Origin: Acidobacteriota bacterium
GTDB lineage: Bacteria > Acidobacteriota > Terriglobia > Versatilivoradales > Versatilivoraceae
NCBI GenBank assembly: GCA_028875135.1
Contig: JAPPFQ010000091.1
Coordinates: forward strand, 1 to 37,724
Direction: 5' to 3'
DNA length: 37,724 bases
Each line of letters starts with the position of its first letter. Position 1 is the stretch's first letter. Shown here piece after piece: positions 15,670 through 25,314 of this stretch. The notes beneath the pieces were generated by a model that saw only the letters and a list, made by a program, of their open reading frames with translations, made no database searches and was not told the origin of the DNA. The translations under genes were made by a program, and so were the position numbers.

Positions 15670-17451
15670 GTGTCTATCCACGGTCTGACTGAAAAGACTG
15701 AAGCAAGAGACGAGCTTCGTTCCCTTAGGCCGGTCGTCATGGGGACCGAACACATGGTCGTAGCCGGGCACTATCTGGCGGCACAGGCCGGCATGCAGAT
15801 CCTGGAGGAGGGAGGCAATGCGGTTGACGCCGGTGTGGCAGCAGGTCTCGCTCTCGGTGTCGTGCAGAGTGACCTGGTAAGCGTCGCCGGCGTCGCCCCC
15901 ATTGTTCTGTTCTTGGCTGACCAGCAGGAGGTGGTGACCATCAGCGGTCTGGGCGTTTGGCCCCAGGCAGCCAGCGTGGATCTGTTCCGGAGGGAGCACG
16001 GAGGAAGAATCCCGGAGGGACTGTTGCGAACGGTCGTGCCAGCCGCCCCAGACGCTTGGATTACGGCGCTGGAGAGGTTTGGGCGCATGAGTTTTGGCCA
16101 GGTGGCCGGGCCAGCCATCCGGTTTGCTTCCCATGGTTTCCCCATGCACTCGTTCATGAGCGCCCGGATTAGCGAGGCGGAGGAGGACTACCGTCGTTGG
16201 GAGAGCAGCGCCCAGGTCTTTCTCCCTGGCGGTCGTCCCCCCACACCCGGAGAGATCTTTTTCCAACACGATTTAGGAGCCGTTCTCCAGTACATGGTTG
16301 AGGAGGAGCGGAGCGCATCGCGCCGTGGACGTCTGGCAGGATTGCAATCGGCACGAAATGCATTCTACAGAGGGGACATTGCAGTAAGAATTGTCCAATA
16401 CCACCATGAGAATGGTGGACTCCTCTCCGCTCAGGACCTGTCCAACTTTCGCGTGAGAATCGAGCCACCCGAGAAAATCACCTTCCAGGACACTGAGATC
16501 TATGCTTGTGGACCATGGTCTCAGGGTCCGACTCTGCTCCAGACCCTCAAGCTGCTGGAGGCCTATGACCTGAAATCCTTGGGGCACAACTCGGCGCCGT
16601 ATGTGCACATTTTGACGGAGGCCCTCAAATTGGCATTCGCTGACCGCGAACACTTCTACGGTGACCCCCTCCATGTCAAAGTGCCTATGGCCGAACTCCT
16701 TTCCGAGCGGAACGCCAACCAACGGATAGGGCTCATCCGCTCACACCAGGCGTGGGTAGAGATGCCTCCGCCCAGCCGGTTGGGCACAGCCGGTGAGTCG
16801 CCAGCCGATTCGTCGCGGGGACCGGCGAACTCTTCCGGCGAAGCTGGAAATCCAAAGCGGCCTGGCTGGGACACGAGCTACGTCTGCGTCGTTGATCGAG
16901 ACGGAAACGCCTTTTCGGCCACTCCAAGCGATGTGTCCTACGACACACCGATCATTCCGGGAACCGGCCTGGCGGTCTCTTCGCGTGGCTCGCAGTCGCG
17001 TCTGGATCCGAGTCATCCGGCTTGTCTCGCTCCCGGGAAAAGACCGCGCCTGACGCCCAACCCCGCCCTGGCGTTGCGGAACGGGGGCGTTTTCATGCCG
17101 TTCGGTACTCCGGGCGGGGATGTGCAGCCACAGGCCATGCTTCAGGTCCTCCTCAATGTTCTCATCTTCGGTATGAACCCCCAGGAGGCGGTCGAAGCGC
17201 CCCGTTTTGCTTCCTACAGTTTTCCCAGCTCTTTCGCACCACATTCCTGTTTTCCAGGGCTGCTGAAAATGGAATCGCGAGTACGTCGGGAGACGGGCGT
17301 AGAGCTCGAGGAGCTGGGTCACCGGGTCAGTTGGTGGCCGGACTGGAGCTGGCGGGCCGGCGGAGTTTGCACGATCATGGCCGATCAGGCCAGGGGCGTT
17401 CTGCAGGGTGGAGCCGACCCGAGACGCCCGGGATACGCCGTGGGCTGGTAG
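15670..17451 (+). CDS. gamma-glutamyltransferase-family Ntn hydrolase, no signal peptide (copy 2)
   Basis: The N-terminal region HMVVAGHYLAAQAGMQILEEGGNAVDAGVAAG is GGT-like. The nucleophile site is GWDTSYVCVVDRDGNAFS. The C-terminal FGTPGGDVQPQAMLQVLLNVLIFGMNPQEAVEAPRF is also family-typical. The start is uncertain. The GTG at 15670 follows GGAGGAGGA, and the alternatives are 15610 (longest ORF) and the ATG at 15739. Confidence 0.88.
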   Translation: MSIHGLTEKTEARDELRSLRPVVMGTEHMVVAGHYLAAQAGMQILEEGGNAVDAGVAAGLALGVVQSDLVSVAGVAPIVLFLADQQEVVTISGLGVWPQAASVDLFRREHGGRIPEGLLRTVVPAAPDAWITALERFGRMSFGQVAGPAIRFASHGFPMHSFMSARISEAEEDYRRWESSAQVFLPGGRPPTPGEIFFQHDLGAVLQYMVEEERSASRRGRLAGLQSARNAFYRGDIAVRIVQYHHENGGLLSAQDLSNFRVRIEPPEKITFQDTEIYACGPWSQGPTLLQTLKLLEAYDLKSLGHNSAPYVHILTEALKLAFADREHFYGDPLHVKVPMAELLSERNANQRIGLIRSHQAWVEMPPPSRLGTAGESPADSSRGPANSSGEAGNPKRPGWDTSYVCVVDRDGNAFSATPSDVSYDTPIIPGTGLAVSSRGSQSRLDPSHPACLAPGKRPRLTPNPALALRNGGVFMPFGTPGGDVQPQAMLQVLLNVLIFGMNPQEAVEAPRFASYSFPSSFAPHSCFPGLLKMESRVRRETGVELEELGHRVSWWPDWSWRAGGVCTIMADQARGVLQGGADPRRPGYAVGW

Positions 17452-17468
17452 TGATTACAGGTATGACA

Positions 17469-18485
17469 TCAGCGCGGTCCTTGATTCAGCCGGCTCAAGT
17501 CAATCGGATTGGACCAGGCATAGCCATCCTCCCCGTCCCATAACTCGACCCGCACATAGTGGCCGACCGTCTTTTCCTTCTTAAAATAGCCGCGCTGGAT
17601 GAATCTCCGGTTCATGGCCGAAACGCCGTCAGGACTGGCCAGCCCAAACAATGGCGCCCGGGCCTGCGCCAGTTTCTCGCCCGGCGCTGCCACTCGGCGC
17701 ACGCCGAGGTAGGGAACAGAAGCGAACCAAATCCACCGTACGGGTGAAGTCTCAACCTGGATCTCCCCGTCTACAACGGCAATGTCCTTGATCCGTGGCC
17801 CCGTCGTCGAATAGAACTGCCCCCGGCGCATGGCGGCAAGAATAGCCGGTGCAGTGCACGACTCGGCGCGGACCATCACCCAAGCTTCGTACTGGTCGCG
17901 AAATGGCTGCTTTCCGAGTGGCGCGAAAGTCAACTCCGGCTTCCGGCCACTGTGCCGATCATCACTGGCCACACCCCAGAGCATGTGGCCGTTGGCGAGC
18001 AGTTCGTCCCATTGCGCGGTCGAGAGACCGCGGCGCCCGGTCCAGTAGTTGGGAGCGTTGAAGATCTCGATTCCGACCAATCCGTTGAGTCGTGATATGG
18101 CGGTGGCATTGGCGCCGCTAAGGGACGGATGCGAGAGAAACGGAAGTCCCCCCTGTGCCAAAACGTCACCAATAACCCGCTGTGGGGCGACCTTGTGATT
18201 CTTGACCCGTTCTATGCCAAGGGCCAGCACCTCCGCCGGGAAGGTTTCCTCCCAGTCCACGCGAATCTCGGCGCCGGGCATGACCAGAATCCCGGGTGAG
18301 CGGCTCTTGCTCACATCCGTTACCACGTTGTGGTCAGTGACGAACAGAAAATCGTAGCCATTGCGGTCATAGCAGGCAGCCAATTCGGCAACGCTGAACT
18401 GACCATCGGAATTCGTCGTGTGGCTGTGAACATTACCCCTGTACCACTGGCCCGAGCCGGCGAATGGGTTACCTGGAACCATCAC
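17469..18485 (-). CDS. PHP-domain metal-dependent phosphoesterase (CehA/McbA-like), copy 2
   Basis: The sequence MMVPGNPFAGSGQWYRGNVHSHTTNSDG...YDFLFVTDHNVVTDVS...FLSHPSLSG...ASDDRHSG is collinear with 2945-3943 over its whole length. Confidence 0.88.
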   Translation of the reverse strand: MMVPGNPFAGSGQWYRGNVHSHTTNSDGQFSVAELAACYDRNGYDFLFVTDHNVVTDVSKSRSPGILVMPGAEIRVDWEETFPAEVLALGIERVKNHKVAPQRVIGDVLAQGGLPFLSHPSLSGANATAISRLNGLVGIEIFNAPNYWTGRRGLSTAQWDELLANGHMLWGVASDDRHSGRKPELTFAPLGKQPFRDQYEAWVMVRAESCTAPAILAAMRRGQFYSTTGPRIKDIAVVDGEIQVETSPVRWIWFASVPYLGVRRVAAPGEKLAQARAPLFGLASPDGVSAMNRRFIQRGYFKKEKTVGHYVRVELWDGEDGYAWSNPIDLSRLNQGPR

Positions 18486-18524
18486 TTACGTTCCTTGATC
18501 AATTGGCGCCGTTTCCGTCCACGG

Positions 18525-19949
18525 TCAAGCCCGACCTCTTATCGGCAAGAGTTCTACGCCTTCTCCCTCCTCCGGCGTCTTAATGCGAAACCGGACAGAC
18601 GTCACTTCGGCTCCATGGGGACCGAATCTGTTCTTGAAGCCTTCGCGCTGACCCACCATGAAGATGGAGCCGTCTTCCAGAACACAGGCGCTGGGGTAGT
18701 AGGACTTGGGATCACACGTGTAGCCACGTCCTGGCGCCGGTTTCACCCAGGTTTTCCCGCTGTCACGGCTGTAGATCACCTCCCCGTTGTTCGCCACCAG
18801 ATGGGTACCGCCGCCGACTTTGTGGCGGCCTCCGAATACGACCACGGAGACTCCGTCCGGCGTCACCACCACGGCCCCTTTTCTGTACAGCTTGGGCCCG
18901 TGATACTCAATTCCGAAGTTGGGGTCCTCGATGATCGAGTCGGTCAGGAGCAGACGCGGCGGGGACCAGGTCCGCCCGTCGTCGTACGACTGATACCAGG
19001 CCGAGGTCGGTCTGCAAGGGAAGCCCAGGCTGCCGTCCGGCAAGTAGGCGGCCGTGCCCTCGTTCGCATCGAAGTCATTGCTGCCGATCACCGACACGGT
19101 CGACCACGTGCGGCCCTTGTCCTCAGAGCGCATGAGGAGCATGAGCCAGCGAGGGAATTCGCTAGGCCAGCCCTCGCCCCCGGGAATGGGTGAGCCGGCG
19201 GCCAATATCATCAGAGCTCCGTCTTTGGCCTCGAACATGCTGTGGGGAGCGTCCATGAACAACGGTCCCACGAAGCGGGTCACCTCCGTCCACGTGTCGC
19301 CGTTATCATCGCTTCGAAAAATAAGCGTTTCCGACTGCCTGTTGGCCGCAATCCGGGCAAATTCAAGGGGTGTCGCGGGCATCCGTCTCCAGTATCCCCA
19401 ATGGGCTTCCATCCGGGCGCCTGCAAACATCGTTCCGTTTCTCAATTGCACCACGTGATTCATCACATACGCGCCACGCACTACGGGAAAGGAACGGGGC
19501 CGGCTCCAGGTTTTTCCGCCGTCCCGGCTGCGGATCCACATCATTCTTCCGCCGTCGGGCGCATCCCAGTCCAAGAGCCAGGACTGGTCCGGCCGTTTCC
19601 AGCGCTCCATCGCCTCAGGAGGAATGTCCCAGGGGGTGGGCCAGGAAGCGTGCCAATAACCGGCTGAGAAGGTCACGAACAGGTCGCCGTTCTGCAGCCG
19701 GCACACCGTCGGCCACCCACAGTAGCCGCCAAACCCGCGGAAGGGCTCCGGCGGATTGACGTCGGGGGAGACGAGGATCTTTCTATACTTCTCGAAATCC
19801 ACTCGAGGCCCATCACCCGTAATCAGAGCCTCGACCGGTGGAATGGAAGCCGCGGCTGACTTCGTTTTACCTGGTCTGACGAGCGTCGTGGTTGCCAAAG
19901 CGGTTGCTGAAGTGGACAGAACTTTCCGGCGGGTCCATTGGACAGCCAT
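18525..19949 (-). CDS. BNR/Asp-box repeat beta-propeller protein with Tat signal; subfamily C, copy 2
   Basis: The ATG at 19949 is preceded by GAGGAGG. The N-terminus is MAVQWTRRKVLSTSATALATTTLV. Asp-boxes are SRDGGKTWSR, SDDNGDTWTE, SEDKGRTWST, SYDDGRTWSP and SRDSGKTWVK. It shares long identical runs with copy 1 (SIPPVEALITGDGPRVDFEKYR, SPDVNPPEPFRGFGGYCGWPTVCRLQNGDLF, DPKSYYPSACVLEDGSIFMVGQREGFKNRFGPHG). Confidence 0.9.
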   Translation of the reverse strand: MAVQWTRRKVLSTSATALATTTLVRPGKTKSAAASIPPVEALITGDGPRVDFEKYRKILVSPDVNPPEPFRGFGGYCGWPTVCRLQNGDLFVTFSAGYWHASWPTPWDIPPEAMERWKRPDQSWLLDWDAPDGGRMMWIRSRDGGKTWSRPRSFPVVRGAYVMNHVVQLRNGTMFAGARMEAHWGYWRRMPATPLEFARIAANRQSETLIFRSDDNGDTWTEVTRFVGPLFMDAPHSMFEAKDGALMILAAGSPIPGGEGWPSEFPRWLMLLMRSEDKGRTWSTVSVIGSNDFDANEGTAAYLPDGSLGFPCRPTSAWYQSYDDGRTWSPPRLLLTDSIIEDPNFGIEYHGPKLYRKGAVVVTPDGVSVVVFGGRHKVGGGTHLVANNGEVIYSRDSGKTWVKPAPGRGYTCDPKSYYPSACVLEDGSIFMVGQREGFKNRFGPHGAEVTSVRFRIKTPEEGEGVELLPIRGRA

Positions 19950-20023
19950 CTCCTTGCCTCCTCGCTGCGCCGAATTGCAATATGAAGACCTCGGCACCAG
20001 AACTTCTCAGAATCGATTATAAT

Positions 20024-20039
20024 TTTATAACATATAAAA
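20024..20039. promoter_or_regulatory. conserved AT-rich 16-mer TTTATAACATATAAAA, candidate promoter/operator, copy 2
   Basis: It is identical to 15554-15569 and has the same spacing (75-90 nt) to the start codon of the downstream minus-strand propeller gene. Confidence 0.45.
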
Positions 20040-20072
20040 CATCGAATCTTCCGGGCCACTTTGGCAGGATGA

Positions 20073-20279
20073 ATCTGGGTTCCTCCCGAACCGCTGAATC
20101 AACGGCCTCTTCTTTGCAGCCTGGCCGACGGGAAGTTCGGGAATGCCGGTGGAACCGGCGGAAGAATTTTCGGTCAAGTCTTGACCAGCAGAGAGACCGC
20201 ATTGGGTAATTTTGACAACGATGGCGATCAGGACATCGAGGAGGAGTTAGGCGCTGACCACGACCGGGAGACAACCTGA
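20073..20279 (+). pseudogene. possible relic of an FG-GAP/VCBS-repeat (CRTAC1-like) gene
   Basis: A start-less 68-codon open frame translates as ...LADGKFGNAGGTGGRIFGQVLTSRETALGNFDNDGDQDIEEEL...*. The G-N-F-D-N-D-G-D-x-D-I Ca-binding loop matches the repeats of the intact CRTAC1 gene at 29117-30832 (GDYDNDGDLDV). It is bounded by stops and lies directly upstream of a TPR gene. Confidence 0.4.
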
Positions 20280-20349
20280 AATCCTGCTTCTATGGCTGGC
20301 ATTACTGGGAATTGAGTTCTTTTCAGCCAGCCTTGCCCATCAGGCATCG

Positions 20350-21750
20350 GTGTCATCCCTTCACCAGGAAGCCTACGAGGCCCAGCGGAAGGGAGATTTC
20401 CAGACCGCACTTCAGAAATACCAACAGCTCGTTCAGCTGCGACCGGAGTTGGCAGAGTTGCAGGCCAATCTGGGCCTGATCTATTTTCACCTGGGACAAC
20501 GGAAAGAAGCGGAAACCGCCTTCCGGAAGGCCATTTCGCTCAAGCCCGAACTGCCGGGCGTGGATCTCTACTTGGGAACCATTGCTTTTGAGCAAAGGCG
20601 TTATCGGGAGGCCACGACTCACCTGAAGAAGGCGGAGAAAGCCGAGCCTACTCACCCACAGGTTCTTCTGTTGCTGGGTTACCTGTATTTTGCTGAATCG
20701 AAGCATGGCATTGCCGCGCGTTACTTCGAAAGACTCTCCGAGGCTGAGAACCGACCCGATCTCCACTACTATCTGAGCCGGTGTTATTCTCGCTTGGCGG
20801 CCAACTTTCACTCGCGGTTGCAAGCGGAATTCCCCAGTTCCTTTTACGCACACCTGGCCCGGGCTCATTTCCACCTGACACAAGCGGACTGGGAGAAAGG
20901 TCGGGAGGAGTATGAAGCGGCGCTGAAGCAACGCCCCGACAACCGGCAACTTAGGGTCAGATTGCAGTGGCTCACCGACCGGACGGGTGCCGCCCCAACC
21001 TGGTTTTCCAACGATCCTGATTTTGAGCTCATCGATGGCGTTACCCGCTATCTGCAGTCCCTTCCCGAGCCAAGTAAAATCGACCAGGAACTGCGTTTTT
21101 ACCAGGAGAGGATACGAACATTGGGCGAGGATGCGCCCCATTCGGATGAGCAGGTCTATCTACTGGCGGAAGCCTACCAGATCCTGGCGCTTCTGACCTC
21201 TCACAAGCTGGAATCCGGACCGCATTCTTTTCAGGCCCATTTGCTTCGGGCGCAGCTGAACCAGGAGCTGGGCGAGGCAGAAGAGGCCATTCGAGAATAC
21301 CGCAAGGCGCTCAAGCTGAAGCCTAACCTGGGAACCATCCACCTTTCGATGGGGAATCTCTACTGGGAGCTTCGACGCTACGACGAAGCGCTGGCAGCGT
21401 TGCGAGAAGGCATCGACAAGGACTCGGCTACACCACTCTCCCTCTATCAGATCGGGGATATCCTGTTGCTCAGAGGCCAGTTGGAGCAGGCGGAGGAGTA
21501 TCTGTCCCGAGCGCTGGTTCTGGATCCGGAGATGATAGAGGCCCTATTGGCCATGGCACGCGTCTATAGCTTGAAACGTGACTACAAGGAGTCCCTGAAG
21601 TATCTGAAGGCAGCCGCGGAGCGGCGCCCGAATGACCCTCAGTTGCACTATCGGTTGTCGGAAACCTATCGAAATCTGGGCCGCCCTGAGGACGCCCAGA
21701 GGGAATTGAACATTTTCCGAGAGCTGTACGCCGCACAGGAAAAGCCATGA
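20350..21750 (+). CDS. tetratricopeptide-repeat (TPR) protein
   Basis: TPR units occur throughout (e.g. AELQANLGLIYFHLGQRKEAETAFRKAISLKPE and ALLAMARVYSLKRDYKESLKYLKAAAERRPNDPQ). The only canonical start is the GTG at 20350. The frame stays open upstream and encodes a hydrophobic segment without a start codon (see findings). Confidence 0.8.
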   Translation: MSSLHQEAYEAQRKGDFQTALQKYQQLVQLRPELAELQANLGLIYFHLGQRKEAETAFRKAISLKPELPGVDLYLGTIAFEQRRYREATTHLKKAEKAEPTHPQVLLLLGYLYFAESKHGIAARYFERLSEAENRPDLHYYLSRCYSRLAANFHSRLQAEFPSSFYAHLARAHFHLTQADWEKGREEYEAALKQRPDNRQLRVRLQWLTDRTGAAPTWFSNDPDFELIDGVTRYLQSLPEPSKIDQELRFYQERIRTLGEDAPHSDEQVYLLAEAYQILALLTSHKLESGPHSFQAHLLRAQLNQELGEAEEAIREYRKALKLKPNLGTIHLSMGNLYWELRRYDEALAALREGIDKDSATPLSLYQIGDILLLRGQLEQAEEYLSRALVLDPEMIEALLAMARVYSLKRDYKESLKYLKAAAERRPNDPQLHYRLSETYRNLGRPEDAQRELNIFRELYAAQEKP

Positions 21751-21894
21751 TTTCCCTCCCCCGGAAAAGTCGGCTGTGAAATCGTCGACAGAGAGTTGAT
21801 GCCCAGGCAACAAAAGAGCCGATAGGCTTCGATTCCGTTGAAATCGGGCTGGCCATAACTTGGGCCAAAACCGATCGCTCAATTGTAGACTTCC

Positions 21895-22884
21895 ATGATG
21901 AGATCCTCTCTCACCTTGCTCGTCAACGCACCCCTGGAGGAAGACCAGAGGAAGCGCATTCGAGACCTGGGAGTGCGCTTGTTGGATGGGCTTTCGGAGG
22001 AGAGTCTGAGGGTAGCTGAGGTCATTTATACGACGCGCATCCCCTTTGAGCCTCGCCAAGTGCCTCGGCTCCGTTGGATTCAACTCAATACGGTGGCCGT
22101 CGACCACATCTTGACCGGCGCTATGGCAACAACGGGTATTCGGATAGCCAACGTTCGGGGTGCCTACAGCGTAGCCGTGGCAGAGTTGGCGGTGGGAGCG
22201 ATCGTGGCGCTGAGTCGCCGTTTCCAGAGTGCTCATTCTCTACAGCTTCAGAATCGCTGGCCCGATGACTTCACCCCGCTCAAAGGCGAGAATTGTTACG
22301 GCAAGACATTGTCTATTCTCGGATACGGCAGCATCGGGCGTCATCTGGCTCGAATCGTCACGGGCATGGGGATGCGGGTGCTCGCCTGCAAGCGTTGCCC
22401 TGAGCGGAAAAAGGACAAAGGATTCTATCTGCCCAATACAGGGGATCCCGAAGGGCTCTTTCCAGAGGAATGGTATGGTCTCAGCAATATTGGGGAGATG
22501 TTGTCTATCAGCGATATCCTCGTAATCTGCCTTCCGTTGACCCCGGAAACCAAGGGTGTCATCGGACCGTCGGAACTGGCCAAGCTACCCCGCAACGCCT
22601 ATCTGATTAACGTCGGTCGGGGTGAGGTGGTCGCGGAAGAACCCTTGTTGGACGTGTTGAGAACGCGCCGCATAGCCGGAGCGGCACTTGACGTCTTTCC
22701 TAAAGAGCCCCTGCCTACCGGTAGCCCCTTCTGGGGGCTGCCCAATACGATTATCCTACCCCATATCGGCTCGTTCACTCGCGAGCAGGGTCACTTGGCT
22801 GGCGAAGTCCTGATCGAGAATTTGACCAGGGATCTTTCCGTATCGCCGCTGCTAAACCTGATTGATCCCCAACGGGGATACTAG
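21895..22884 (+). CDS. D-isomer-specific 2-hydroxyacid dehydrogenase family protein (NAD-binding)
   Basis: The Rossmann motif is GKTLSILGYGSIGRHLARIVTGMGMRVLA. Other motifs are LINVGRGEVV, GAALDVF..EPLP and the catalytic-His region ILPHIGSFT. Confidence 0.88.
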   Translation: MMRSSLTLLVNAPLEEDQRKRIRDLGVRLLDGLSEESLRVAEVIYTTRIPFEPRQVPRLRWIQLNTVAVDHILTGAMATTGIRIANVRGAYSVAVAELAVGAIVALSRRFQSAHSLQLQNRWPDDFTPLKGENCYGKTLSILGYGSIGRHLARIVTGMGMRVLACKRCPERKKDKGFYLPNTGDPEGLFPEEWYGLSNIGEMLSISDILVICLPLTPETKGVIGPSELAKLPRNAYLINVGRGEVVAEEPLLDVLRTRRIAGAALDVFPKEPLPTGSPFWGLPNTIILPHIGSFTREQGHLAGEVLIENLTRDLSVSPLLNLIDPQRGY

Positions 22885-23015
22885 GATCGGAGTCTCTGAC
22901 GTGGGGTAATCCGGTGGCGGATCCAAACTCCTGATTCAATCCGTTTGCGGTTTCTTGTATTGAGTTCTCCGTCGCTGGCGCACACGGCTGTGTTTCTCGA
23001 TCTCCAGCAACAGGC

Positions 23016-23666
23016 TCAGGAATCCGATAGATCCATATTACTCAGGCTCCTCTCCAAGGACTTTTGGACGTTAAACCGGATCGCCTCTGGAAGGCCTCTC
23101 TTGTTCTCCCGGTTGCAGGCCTCCAGAATGTCCCTGTGTTCCCCGAGTTCTTCTTTAACTCGTTGGGCGTCGTGAGTCTGTATCGTGCGATAGCGAGTGC
23201 TACGGTCCCACAGTTCATTAAGCAGTTCCAATAGTAGCGGTCGCCGACAGGCTTGGTAGACCGTAAAGTGAAACTTACGGTTGAGGTTGAAGAGCGAGCG
23301 AAAATCATTCCGTTCGGTTGCAGACTTCATCCGGGCAAACAGGGTCTCCATCGTCTTGACATCTCTCTGAGTCAGTCGTTTCGATGCCAATTGTGCGGCC
23401 AGCTCCTCCAACTCGATGCGAATTAGATATACATCCTCGATTTCCCGAAGAGACAATTCGTTCACATAGGCGCCACGATGCGGAATGATACTGATGAATC
23501 CCTCCGACTGCAATTGCTTAAACGCTTCACGCAAAGGGATGATACTGATTCCCAATTCCTCGGTGAGCTGCTTCTGGTTAATACGCTCACCCGGCCTGAA
23601 CTTTCCGGAAAGTATTGCCTGACGAATCTCGTTGAAAGCAATCTCGCTGACCGTCGTGTAACCCAT
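23016..23666 (-). CDS. GntR-family transcriptional regulator, FadR/FCD subfamily
   Basis: The winged-HTH region is INQKQLTEELGISIIPLREAFKQLQSEGFISIIPHRGAYV. It is followed by an all-helical FCD-type C-terminal domain (LIRIELEELAAQLA...FH.TVYQA...LL..L..LWDRS.RYR). Confidence 0.9.
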   Translation of the reverse strand: MGYTTVSEIAFNEIRQAILSGKFRPGERINQKQLTEELGISIIPLREAFKQLQSEGFISIIPHRGAYVNELSLREIEDVYLIRIELEELAAQLASKRLTQRDVKTMETLFARMKSATERNDFRSLFNLNRKFHFTVYQACRRPLLLELLNELWDRSTRYRTIQTHDAQRVKEELGEHRDILEACNRENKRGLPEAIRFNVQKSLERSLSNMDLSDS

Positions 23667-24073
23667 CTATTCACCTTTTTAAATAAAAGCCAAAAAATAT
23701 CTGCACAACACCAGGTTCTTCCTTCAGCCAAGACATGATACCAGCCCGTTCACCACCGTGTCGTCCGCGCCCACTGCGAGGTACGTCTCCTCCAGTGCCC
23801 CCCTCGCAGCCGCAGTTCCTGCGCCCGACTCTCTTCCAAGTCCCGATACTTGTCCCGGAACAGCCGTAATACCGTCATCTCCCGCTCCACGGCTCACGAA
23901 GGACCTGGCTGCATCCCCGCTTCCTCTCTGTCGGGGGAACTACTGATCCTGCCCGGCCCCTTCCGGGATCGGACAGATCACGTGCCCAAAGACCGGACAC
24001 TTCACGCACCAACGACACACCGGCAGGCGACCACTTTGACATACTCGCCGGGTCTTTCTAGACTCTCTCCTCA

Positions 24074-25225
24074 ATGACTGGATCCTTATACTTTATTAGA
24101 CTCTCAGGAAGTAGTAGGCAGCGTGGCCTCCAACACGGCCGCCAATTGCGTGAGCCCATTCAGACCGCGATCGACTTTTACCGGGAGCTGTTCAGCAGAC
24201 ATCTGAGCATCGATTCAGCGGAAATTCGAAGGAGGGCCGCGCGCTTCATCGAGCCGACCGCCCGGACCAGTCCCGAGCTCCTGGCTGAGTATGAAGGAAT
24301 TGCTGAGGGATCGGGCCAGACACTGGAAGACATTTTCGCACTCTCCGGCCGTTACGAAATCACTTATGAATCGATTCGACTTGGAGAATGCTCGAATGTT
24401 TTCGTAGGCCCTCAGTGCATGGCCCAGGGACACACGCTGCTGGGTCAGAATTGGGAGTGGAGACCGGAGGTGATGGCTTTTCGAGCCGTGATTATCGCCC
24501 GCTGCGACGATCTCCCGGATCACATCATGGTGACCGAATGCGGACAGCCTGGGAAATACGGCCTGAACGAATATGGACTTGGAGTAGCCGAAACCGGTCT
24601 TTCCTGCGCCAGCCAGAGGAGCGTTGGAGACAACCTGTTCGTGGTTGTGATGCGAAAGATGCTGGCTTGCCGGGACCTGGACCAAGCCCGGCAAATGGTT
24701 CATCGATATCCTCCGGAGGCCACCATCAGCTTTTTCGCCGCCGACAGTCGAGGTCACGGATTCAATCTGGAGGCTCTCCCCTCCGGGATTGTCGAACGAG
24801 AGTTTTCTGAGGACGAAATCGACTGGCACACGAATCACTCCCGCTTGACGGAGGAGCCGTGTCTGTTTGGAGATAGCTTGATTCGGGGCCGCCGTTGGGA
24901 AGAGCTTATCGATGCCGCGCGTCCTGTCACCGTACCCCTTCTGGGAAGGTGGCTGGCAGACTCCGCAAACGGATACAACTCAATTTGCCGAGCACCCGAT
25001 CCGGAGCGAGCCCAGACCCCAACCTTTCTACAGACGCTCTGCTCAATTGTGCTTGACCTGACGACTCGCGAGATGTGGATCAGCGACGGCCTGTCTTCCC
25101 AAATGCCTTACCAGCGTGTCGGATTTGATGAGGAAGAGCGACGACCATCCTTCTTGGCCTTTGACCAGGAACAAATGACCCCAACGGGACCTGATCACAC
25201 CCGCCAACGAGCGTCGATGGAATGA
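24074..25225 (+). CDS. C45-family Ntn hydrolase (acyl-CoA:6-APA acyltransferase-like peptidase/amidase)
   Basis: The N-terminus is typical of the family (L.GS..QRG.QHG). The Gly-Cys autoprocessing/nucleophile site is RLGECSNVFV, followed by LLGQNWEW. Confidence 0.8.
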   Translation: MTGSLYFIRLSGSSRQRGLQHGRQLREPIQTAIDFYRELFSRHLSIDSAEIRRRAARFIEPTARTSPELLAEYEGIAEGSGQTLEDIFALSGRYEITYESIRLGECSNVFVGPQCMAQGHTLLGQNWEWRPEVMAFRAVIIARCDDLPDHIMVTECGQPGKYGLNEYGLGVAETGLSCASQRSVGDNLFVVVMRKMLACRDLDQARQMVHRYPPEATISFFAADSRGHGFNLEALPSGIVEREFSEDEIDWHTNHSRLTEEPCLFGDSLIRGRRWEELIDAARPVTVPLLGRWLADSANGYNSICRAPDPERAQTPTFLQTLCSIVLDLTTREMWISDGLSSQMPYQRVGFDEEERRPSFLAFDQEQMTPTGPDHTRQRASME

Positions 25226-25314
25226 GCCTGTTGCCTTTCTCTTTTCTCCGCTCCGCTGCTTTTTAACGCACGCTCGGAACATGTGCATTCACCCAGGATA
25301 GAGGAGTAGAGGCG

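Noticed and set aside
23758-24077. Two small plus-strand ORFs (62 and 75 aa) and a minus-strand Cys-rich mini-ORF (...VCQSGRLPVCRWCVKCPVFGHVICPIPEGAGQDQ*) in the GntR-C45 intergenic region. There are also fragments reading MTVLRLFRDKYRDLEESRAQELRL on the minus strand.
   Set aside because: The plus-strand translations are Pro/Ser/Ala-rich and unconvincing. The minus-strand pieces are short, lack a clear start or SD, and change frame. I cannot match them to any family, so they may be chance ORFs or unrecognisable gene debris.
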